NCBI RefSeq assembly: GCF_016432865.1
Contig: NC_067398.1
Location: forward strand, 698,306,001 to 698,370,000
DNA: 64,000 nucleotides
Source: Antechinus flavipes
Lineage: Eukaryota
Direction of reading: 5' to 3'
Position numbers and translations under genes: made by a program. Numbering within the stretch: position 1 is the first letter of the stretch; the number at the start of each line of letters is the position of its first letter. The notes under the pieces were generated by a model. The model searched no databases and was not told the DNA's origin. It saw only the letters and a list, made by a program, of their open reading frames with translations. Below, piece by piece: positions 33,152 to 43,200 of this stretch.

Positions 33152-34594
33152 AAGAATATTGTTCTCAAAATATCCTGGGTGGTGAAAATAAGGGACTTCT
33201 GTGTTAAAGTCACCACATACACATTTGAAATTAGGGCTAATAATCAAGAAAGAAGTTTTACAATACATGTTCCATCCTTCAGAATCATTTATATTTTGGT
33301 TTCATTTTGAATTCTCATTTTTCCCATTCTTTTTTTCTAGATGCAGCTGTTAAAAGCTAGTCAAAGAAAATTAAATGCACATTTAATAAATATACTTCAG
33401 GAAAAAAAAAAAGATGACCTTTTATGGAAAGGAAAAAAATCAACTTAAAAATTATGTGTCAGCATCCAACACATAGGGTGCCAGACATAGAAACCATATT
33501 TTCAGATTGTCTTGTCAATATCTTAGTCTCAGACACTTTCAATTAGTCATAAAAATACTATGCTTAGAAGAGAATCTTAGAACACGGCATTCTATGTTCT
33601 TGGAGTTCTATATTCTACTCAAAAAAAATTTAATGACGGTTAAAATTTATCTTTGCATAAAATCAGAAAAAATAAAGTATTATTAAAGGAGAATTCTATG
33701 TTCTAGAACTTTAAATTAAGAATCACAAAGAATAATAAGGATGATCCTTAGAGTTAGAAGGACCTTAGAATATAGAATTCCAAGACAGAAGAATTCTGAG
33801 AACAAAGATGCCAGAGCTCAAAAACCTTAGAACGTGGATTGTCGGGACATTTTAGATTATCAAATGTCCAAGACAGGACGGTAGATCATCTGGTCTCATC
33901 TTTCCATTGTACAGGCCACAAAATCTGAAGTTGCAGAAAGGAAGGGATCAGCCCAAGATCACCCAAAGAATTAGTATCAGACAGGACTAGGACCCAGGTT
34001 CACTGATCTCCAGTCCAAGGCCCATTCTATCCTCTCCTTTCTCACTGACAATCATCTGGACAAGAATCTAAAACCAGAACAGTCGTCTGTACCTTCATAT
34101 GTGAAGAAGACATACTCATGTAAAAACAACCAGGAGTCTGAGGGGGTAAATAGAGTGGAGGAAGGCAATGGTAAAGATCAGAAGAAGCAGAATCAGTCTC
34201 ATTAAAAGGTGCTTGGATAGTACTTGGCCCAAAAGAAGAAATGGAAGGAGGAGTCTGGAAAACATCTCCCATGCTTGGTACACAGGCATGACAGAGAAGT
34301 GATGGGAGAATTGATTACCCTTAAGCCTTTTGGAGTCTTCAAGCACTGAAGGCTGAATACCTGGATGTTGTACTTGCATTTGTGATAATGTCTTCAGAAA
34401 TTCTATTCCAGCTCTGGTTCTCACCAACAAGGAAGTATATCCTATAGTAATAGGATGGAAGGGAGGGAGCCTTGGGTGGAAGGGGCTGCTCCACCTGAAG
34501 AGTTTATAATAGAGGAGAAAAGGAAAGACAAATCTAACAGATTTAGAGAGAAGTCGGGTTTCAAAGGGTTCAGAAGACAGATCTAAAATTCTAG

Positions 34595-36320
34595 CTGACA
34601 AATAAGAGAAAGCTGACTTGCTTGAATCTTATGTTGCTTCCGCCTTTTCTGCCAAGGGAGATAATATGTGATCTGGAAAGCATGGAACAAAAAATGGCAA
34701 CAAGGCGTTGAAACCCAAGATGAATGGAGGGGTAGTGAGAGTATACCTAGTTGTTCTCTACGTCACCATGTCCTCTGCCCATAGGAATTAAATCCTTGGA
34801 TAATTGAAGCATGAATTATACCTGAAGCACAGATTACATCCTTGGATACCTGAAGCACTAGTGTATATGACTGTTGAGTGACCATTAGTAATCTTGGAGA
34901 GTTCTTGGAGAACAGGGGAGGTATTGAAAAATTAGAGTTGAGGAAGATTCCACCCAAAAATTTCAGAAAGGGGAGAGAATAGAGTTTGCAAAGTGTAGAT
35001 CAGTAGTTCCACTTTGATTTCCCACAAAACTCTAGGACTTATTAGTAAGGTGATGATCAATAAATATTTGACGGCAGATAGGTCACACAGTGAATAAATA
35101 GAGTTGGACCTGGAATCAGGAAGACTCAAATTCCTAAGTTCAAATCTGGCCTCAGACAATTCTGTGACCCTGGGCAAGTGACTTAAACCCAATTTGCCTC
35201 AGTCTCATCTGTAAATAAGCTGGAGAAGGAAATGGCAAACCACTTCAGGATCTTTGCCAAAGAAACCCCAAGGGGGTCATGAAAAGTAAAACACGAGTGA
35301 TCAACAAGTAATGAATACCTAGAAAAACAAGTGACATGAAGAGCCATTATAAATTCATTTATAAATTTATCAAGACCAGTTAATTTTGGATTAATTTTTT
35401 TTTTAATGTATAACATTATTAGACTGGTAGTTCAGTTGACAGAGATTTTAACAAAATCCTTAATTAAAATCATGTTGTTCTTGTGGGAAAAGATGGAGAG
35501 ATGCAGTTAGATGATGCGACAAGTAGATTCAAAATAGGTTAAATAGATTTAATGGCTCAATGACAATCTTAAAGAATTAAAATCTATTCTCTAGCAGAGT
35601 ACTATAGGGATGAATATTAGATCAGTGTTGTTTAGCAAGTTTATCAGAAATTTGGATAAAAGCATATAGATGATACACTTACCTAATTTATAGATGATAT
35701 GAAATTGGGAGAGCTAACTGATGTACTGAATGAAGTCAACATTTTAAAAGATCTTAAAAGGCCACATTATTTGGCTAAATCAAAAGGATGAAATTCGGTG
35801 TGGATAAAGATAAAGATTACATTTGGTTTAAAAAAAATGATCTTTAGAAGTACAATATGATGACAATATATCTGACCGGCAGTTTGTTTTTAAAAGCTCT
35901 GGAGTTACCATCGACAATGTATAACAAGCTATATGAAAGGGTATGTTAGTTCCAGCTGGGATGGGGGTGGTGAGAGGGAAAATATGCACAAATACTTTTA
36001 AGCTTAATATACATGATTAACATTTTAAGTCTAGAAAAGCAGCAAAACAACAAATCAAGTCCTTGTTTATATCAACTGTCTAATTTCTGGGGTATCCATG
36101 TAAAATTTAACTGGCTAAAACTGGCTAGATCTGGCTCCGGCATATTCCTGGATGTGGCAGCCAAAAATGCTAACTTAATTTCAGGCTGTATTAAAAGCTT
36201 TGACTTCACAGAATAAGGAGGTGATACCCGCTCTTTAATTTGCTCTGCTCAGGCTAAATCTATTTCTTAGCACCACTTTTTAAGAGAAAAACTGATAAAT
36301 TGTAGTATTCAGGGGCTGCC
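34595..36320 (+). mobile_element. Ancient CR1/L3 LINE RT-region fragments, interrupted by a SINE
   Basis: Degenerate matches to CR1 ORF2 segments (ELLNS.FASVF, IF..SWRTGEV, FI.DLD..I...L.KF.DD.KL, AAK.AN.ILGCI). Confidence 0.6.
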
Positions 36321-36744
36321 GGGTGGCTACACAGTAGACAGAGCAGCGGGTTTAGAATCAGGCAGACTCGTCTTCCCCGAGTTCAAATCCAGCTTCCGGC
36401 CCAAGCTGTGTGACCCTGGGCAAGTCATTTCACCCTGTTTGCCTCAGTTTCCTCCTCTGTAAAATGAGCTGAAGAATGACCAACTACTCCAGGATCCCTG
36501 CCAAGAAAACCGCAAATGGGGTCACCCCGACTTCCGGATAGGGGTGAACAAGGAGGTGAAGTGATAAGACATTAATTAGGACCCTCCGGGTCCTCCGAAA
36601 GGCTCCGAGCAGATGCTGCCGCCCGGAGGCAGGGGGATGGACTACGTGACCTTTAAGTCGAACGAAAGTCTCGCCCCTAAGAATAGAATTTCTTCTCTGT
36701 TACCTTGTCCTCTCCGTCACGACCCCGAATCGTCCCCCACTTAC

Positions 36745-36840
36745 CGGTCTTCACAGCTTTGGGACTTCCCTCTACTTTTACTTCTCCTTTCTAAGTCTCC
36801 AACCAGGAGGCGTTGCTAGGCTACGTATAAACAACTAAAC
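36745..36840 (-). other. IQCD: Probable non-coding first exon of IQCD (5' end approximate)
   Basis: Consensus donor CCG|gtaagtg at 36745/36744 in a CpG-rich promoter. Confidence 0.6.
36812..36824. promoter_or_regulatory. RFX X-box-like motif GTTGCTAGGCTAC
   Basis: One mismatch to GTTGCYAGGCAAC, at the 5' end of a motile-cilia gene. Confidence 0.55.
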
Positions 36841-36849
36841 CAGACCAAC

Positions 36850-37860
36850 CACATCCGGGGCGGGCATTCCATAGGCTCAGATTGACTTTATCAGTCGCCA
36901 CTCCAAGTCCGGCATTTTCCAATTAGTCACGCCCCTTTACCCTACAGACTCGAGCCAATCGGGAACTCCGTGAGTTCGACGGTTTCCGAGGCCCCGACTC
37001 CAGTCGGCCAATAGAAAGGGCCGAAACAGATACACTTTAGGCTGGGAGGAGAAGCGACACGGAGAGGGCGGGAGGTGGAAAAGGGGAGGAGAATTGTGGG
37101 GAGGAGTATGCAAGAGGCGGGAAAAAGGGCAAGGAATTTCCACTAAGAACCCCGCAAAGCCTCCGGAAGAACTAATGAAAGGCATGGGGAAGTCACCCAA
37201 GAGGCTGCAAGGGACAGGGGAAAATGGAAGGGCGTTTCTTAAAGCCAATGAAAGGATAGGTTACCCCCAAAGAGTAGTCGAACCAACCAATGAAATTTGG
37301 ACTTCTAGGTTTCATTTCCTCTCCCACCTCTTCGATGCAGAGGGTAGGGAAAAGAGATAAGCCCAATCAAAGTACTGCAGAGTGGGAAAGGGGCGGAGGC
37401 TCATTTCATTCCCCTGAGAACGGAAGGAAAGGGAAGAGGAGGTGGGTGAAGTGGGCGGGGAAAATGGAAGGGCGTCTCATCCGACCAATAAGAGAGCAGC
37501 AGTGTCCGCTCATAACGTCTATAGGCTTCCGAGAAAGGGGGCGGGGCTACGACTGGGACTGGGACCGGGACGGGGTTGGGTGGGGGGAGGTGGAGAAGGG
37601 GACGGATGAAATTTGGCTCGGTGGCGGCTGCGGTGTCCTCTTCCTCTGCGACTGCGAATCCGGGTCGTGCCGCTGGCCCGCGACTCTCAAGGCGGCGCCT
37701 AGCAAGAGGTTCGGTTCGGAGGCCGGTTCGCGGTCGCTGCTCGCGGGAGCGTCTCCTGTAAGGATCCAGGGAGAGGTCGGGGGTCGGAGTTCAAAGGGCA
37801 CGGGAGTGGGGGGCGGTGGGGATGCACCATGCAAAGGGGAGGCCAAACGGACGCCCGGTC
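36850..37860. promoter_or_regulatory. Bidirectional IQCD/TPCN1 promoter, CpG-rich, with 7 CCAAT boxes and GC boxes
   Basis: CCAAT at 36919, 36955, 37008, 37245, 37287, 37363, 37485; GGGGCGGG near 36857 and 37538. Confidence 0.8.
37620..37757 (+). other. TPCN1: Probable non-coding exon 1 of TPCN1 (start approximate)
   Basis: GC-rich GGCGGC leader ending at donor CCT|gtaagg 37757/37758. Confidence 0.6.
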
Positions 37861-39982
37861 CAGGGGGGCTCCGTCTCTTCATCTCTTCCCAGGATCCTAG
37901 ATCTAGAGCTGGAAGGGACCTTAGAGATTTTCTAGTCCGTTTTACAGATGAGGAAACTGAGGCAGAAGGAAAGAAGTGTTTTCTGTAGCATCCCCCAGCT
38001 CTGAGCAAACAGGAAGAATTGTAACCCAGGCCCTTTGTTCCAAACACAGAACACTCTCTCTCCTGTTTTTAACTGCTCTCTTTTTCCTCTCCCTTCATCC
38101 CACCCCATTCCTCCTCCTCTTTTCTTTCCCATGCTCTTCTCCTTCATGCTCCTTAGCATTTTGGGGGGAAGGGGCTCCCACATCCACCCCTGTCCCTGGG
38201 TCCACTTGGGACTTTAACAGGAGGAGGAGGTCTCCAGGCTCCATCCCCATGCAGTCCCCACTTCATCTCCAGACAGCCCCCAGCCCCTCAGAGAGGGGAA
38301 TGCGCAGAGACTCGCTCATTCCCCAGCACACACTTTGAGACAACGTAGATTTTCAGCTGTAAAATACTTTAAGGGTCCATCTTGTCCATTTCACAGGTGG
38401 GGAAACTGAGGTATAGATATTTCCCCAGCGTTCCAGGGGCAGTGAGTATCCAAGCTAGGTCTCAAGCCCTAAGGCCCTATGAGTCAAATCCAGGGCTTTG
38501 GTGTCCAGGCCTAGAGATCATCAGAGGGCCTCCCCCCACCCCCAGTCCATGAAGGAGAGTGCCCACTGTGCCTGCCTTCTGCCAGGACTGTGCCCGCTGC
38601 CTCAGTTCTGGGCACCTCAATGTGCCTTCCTATTGGTGAGCCCAAGGTCTCAGTGCCCTGGCAGAATGGAAACCTGATTTTAGGGAGCTCCTCTTGAAGT
38701 GCCCACCTTGGGTCCAGGAGAGCAAGAAGTCAGTCATCGGAAGGGTAAATGGCTCTGCCCTCTGGGAAATCTTCCTTTTTTAGCTTTGCTAGGTAGGCTG
38801 GGTCAGTCTTCCTACATTTAAAAGAAACAATAACACTGTAATAAAGTCAGTGCTACATTAGTATCTCCTGAGGAGATACATTAGTATCTCCTTCACTTCC
38901 TATCCAATCTGAAAGGCAATCCAGTCTGACTTTGCTCACCTTCCCTTCCCCAAACTCCATCCCCAAGATGGTCGCTGCGTGGGGCACTCTGAGAAATTAA
39001 AGAGCCTCTTTCCTGCTGCTTGGTGCTCCCTGGGCCTTGATTTGGGGGTGGGTGGGTTTTCATAAAATGAATTGCTTGGTCACAGATAGATTTATTGGGA
39101 AAATTGCTTGAGATCCAAAGGGATTCCCCCAGTTTTGAGAGGGAACTTAAACTAGGTTAAAATCAAAGAATTAGCTGTTTTCAAGGAATTGAGGAAAGGG
39201 GGAATCAGAGAAGAAGGTTTAGGCTCTTTTTACTTGACCCCAGAGGGCAGAATTTAGGGGCAACATGTGCAGCTTGTAGAGAGGGACTCAATTTTGACAA
39301 AAAAAGAGACATCTTCCTAATAGTGAGAGCTATCCAAAAGAGGAATGGGTTGCCTGGGGAGTTGCCTCTGAGCAGAGAGGCCGCAGGACCCCTTGTTCTC
39401 ATTGGACCAGATGGCCGCTCTAAGCGTCTGATATTTCACACTTTAGAATAAGTTGTCAAGCACAGAAATCTGCACTCAGGTCTCCTTGAGGGCCACATCT
39501 TTTTCAAGATTTCATAAGGGGAGGCAGTGACCCCTCCTAAGTGCCTGAGTGATCCTCACAACAACCCCAGGAGGTAGGTACTCTTATTACGTCCCCTTGA
39601 CACAAGCAGAAATTGAGGCAGAGAGAGAGAGTAAATGACTTGGCCAGAATCACCTCACTAGTCTGCCCCCGAGACTGTCATTGGGGGTGGGATTGCTTAA
39701 CTGCTACAGAAGGAAGTGTGGACAGAGTGGTAAAGTCTTCAAATGTGGTGGGAGCTCTCAGACCGATTTCTCGTGTGGGTATATTCCTGTTAAACTTGCT
39801 CTGTGGCCTTGGATTCTATTCCTCACCCGGCCCCCTCCCCTGTAAATGCTCAGACCTGAGCGGGGAGGGAGAATGAAGTAAGGATCCATAAATGTGGAGG
39901 GCTCTTTGGTGTAGGTAGCTCAAAATAGAGCCATTTTCATGTGCATTCTCTGTCTTTTCTCTTTCTTATAAAACTTCAGAAG

Positions 39983-40084
39983 ATGCCCCTGATGGCAGAG
40001 TCTTTGAGACGCATCTGCAGGGCAGCGGTTTTGAAGAGGAGACTGAGCAAGAGGCTCTTTCAAGCCCTCAGCGCCACATCCTGA
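39983..40084 (+). other. Upstream ORF (33 aa, MPLMAESLRRICRAAVLKRRLSKRLFQALSATS*) in TPCN1 exon 2 5' UTR
   Basis: ATG at 39983 with A at -3, TGA at 40082-40084, 20 nt before the main ATG; exon acceptor ttcag at 39979. Confidence 0.7.
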
Positions 40085-40104
40085 AATCGGCCGGAGGGGC
40101 AGCC

Positions 40105-40216
40105 ATGGCTGGGAGCGCAGATGATGACGTCCCTCTCATCTTGACCTTGGAGGACAGTGGGAGCACCCCACTGGCACCTTCGGACCGCCTGGGTCCAGAG
40201 AATTTGCCCAATGAAA
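40105..40216 (+). CDS. TPCN1: TPCN1 first coding exon (MAGSADDDVPLILTLEDSGSTPLAPSDRLGPENLPNE)
   Basis: GCCATGG Kozak; DDVPLI dileucine sorting motif; 112 nt, A|gtaagg donor in phase 1. Confidence 0.95.
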
Positions 40217-43200
40217 GTAAGGTGACAGAAGCTGGGGATTATTGTTTGTTCTAGGGCTGAGGATTACTGTGGTCGGGGGGAATCTCATGTATCCTCTCTC
40301 TGGGGGAGACATTGTAGGTGCAAAAGCAGGTCTGACTCAGACACTGCAGATCAGGTGGCAATGAAGTTGAGCCTTCACTACCTGGGAAAGGTCCCAGAAT
40401 TAGGAAGGAGAGGATTTGGGCTCTCCGAATCCTGAGCAAGTCTTTGTTCAAGCTTCTCATCTTTAAATGGAGATGATCTTATTTATACCACCTACCTCTG
40501 AGAGTTGTATGAGAAAAGTGCTTTGTAAGCCGATTTTTAACTTGCCTTTCCTGAATCTTTGCTTTTCTCTTCTGGAACTTGCATTTACTGGAAGGATCAG
40601 CTGATTCATGGTATCACCTGATGGTTTTCTGGGAACTCGGTCTCCCCTTTTTGTTTGCTCTTTTATGCTAAGGAAATGATCCTAGTCAGTCTTCCTCAGC
40701 CTAGAATTCTTTGCAGATAAGTGGGGGGCATGACTGGTCTTTGCCTAACCCCTGAATTACTGCAGAAGGAATGGGAATGTGGGGGAAATCTGTTCAAATT
40801 TTGTTTGTCCTGAAAGTGGGCTATTGATTTGAGGTTCCGGTTTTTAGAGGATTTCTTGATGTTGTTTTGGTTTTGATATGACTCAAAGGCTAGCCCAAAG
40901 TGGATATAAATAGATGGTATACTTTAATTTTTAAAATTTAAAGTGGTTTCTGGCAGAATGGGACTGTTTAAAAGCCTTTCTGGTCCTTCCCCTCAGGTCA
41001 TTTCTCCACCGGGACTGACCTCTGACTGAAGAGAGGTTTAAAATAGCTGATATTTCCTGTCTGGCCTCCCTTCTACCAGACAGTCTGGAATTACCTTATC
41101 AACTGAATTTTCTAGTCCTTCTTTTGCTGTTCAGGGGTTTACTTGAGTGTCTTTAATAGGGTTTCTTCATTTAATCAGTTTTTTATTACTAAGAAACTAA
41201 GGCTATAAGAAGGGAAGGAAGAGCCCCAGATTGGCATCACGTTTTCTCGTCCAGACAATATACAATAGGACATGAAAGGAGCACCTCCCTCCTAGGGAAG
41301 TCTCTAATCAAGATTGTGAAGGAGAATAGTGTCTCTTAGAAAGGAGAATATTGCCTGGGGCTTGGTATCCTAGTCCCTGTATGTTCATCCTCTTTTCCAT
41401 TCTTAGAAATGGCCCAGCTACATAATCCAATTACTCTTGTTCATCCAAGAAGATTAAATAGTGATCTGTCTGTCATCTCCCTACCTCACCAAGACTGATT
41501 TTTCTGCTCATATTACTTAAAGCGTGGGAGTGTGGCAGAAATGGCTACTGGCTATGATCATTTGAGTCAGGGGTCAGTGACATCAGTAATGAGGTGGCAG
41601 AGATTAAGTTACCTTCAGAACTAACTTTAGAAGGTGCTTCTTTCTTTTGAGGCTCTTCTCTTTTACCCTTTGATGCTTAAATGAATTATGGGCTATTAAC
41701 CTGTGACTAGGAAACAAAAGCTAATTTATAGAAGAGTTACATCATAATATATTTATGATAAAACACTTTTGTCCGTAGAATCTCATGTGAACATCATAAA
41801 ATGCCCTAAAGAGGGAAGATATAGCAGTATTTTCATTTTACAGTGAAGAAAATGAAATTCAAACATACATCCCCAGCAGAGATGATATGCAAAGTGGAAA
41901 AGATGTATTTTCCATTCAGCAATCACCAGAAGTTTGTCATATTTAACGTTTCTAAATTTTATTCTTGTGCTTTTTTTCTGGTTTGGGGATTTCGATTAGA
42001 TTTATGTAGGTCTGAAACGGGCATGTTGAAGTCTCTCCTCTTTGCTCCCCCCACCCCACTTAGTGTTTTGCTGTGTGTCCCTTCAGTTCTATTAGCTCTC
42101 CATTAAGTGTTTAAATACTGTGCCACTCAGTCCGTACCTATTTGATGTGGATTTTTTATTTTCTGTGATGCATTTAAGCTTAACATAATTTTTCCCCTTA
42201 TCCGATTAAGTGACTTGACCAAAGTCACAAATCTAGTTGTTTTTTATACATACACACACACACACACATACACACACACACACATATCTATGTTAGAATC
42301 TAGACTTGAAGTCTCATATTGCTGTATTACTACCTCCCTCCCTCTTCTCTCTTGTTTTTCTCCCCTAAACCTGGAACATTCGGTGCTTTCTACCTTGATC
42401 TAGTCGATTGCATCTGTCAACTTTCAGAGTATTTTGGAATTGTATGGAAAGATCAGTAGTGATTCTCAATAGAACATAAGGGGAGCCAGCCTAGATCAAA
42501 TTTGAACACTTGTAGGCAGGCAGTAGCAACCTTACTCCTGCTATGTGTCTGAGCTGCTGTGTATCTGGAGGTATGACTGTCTTACCCATGACCTGTCAAC
42601 AAGGGAGGTTGCCAACTGGCTATATCTCAGAGACTCTGTTCTCTGTACCCAGAGGAAGATGCAGGCTCCACTGTCTGGCGCGGTCTGATATGGAGGTCAG
42701 ACGCTTTTTGTACGTCAACATGTCATGATCCCCTTTGGAAGATTTAGGACCTCCTATCAGATTAACTTTTTAAGAAATTAAAGAAATTAAAAGAAAAAAG
42801 AAAAAAGTCAATTAGAGACTAATGAAAATACAGATGTACTTTTTTTTTCCCTATCCCATTTCACTGATTCCCTGAAATCTATCCTTGGATTCATGAGTAG
42901 ATTGTCTGTGGCCCCCCAAGTTAGGAACCTTTGATCTAATTGGAAAAAGAACAGGGAAGGAGTTCTTCCCAGACCCTAATGTCCCTGGCTAAAAGACTGA
43001 TTGTGGAAAATGCTAATGATTTATGCAGAGCCAGAAAGTGGCACATTGGTAGACAATGCAGGACTAAGCTGAGGTTTAATAAAGCTCAGGAAACTGGGCT
43101 GCCCTTGAGGACAGGTAATGGAGTGCCCATTAGATAGGTAGGCTAGCAAAGGCTCCAGGGAGCGCTCAGCATCCTGCATGGCCCTTGTCACACCGTGAAT

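Noticed and set aside
34116-34601. 161-aa minus-strand ORF as a retrocopy
   Set aside because: No recognisable homology, poly(A) or TSD; it adjoins CR1/L3 relics and is probably their antisense
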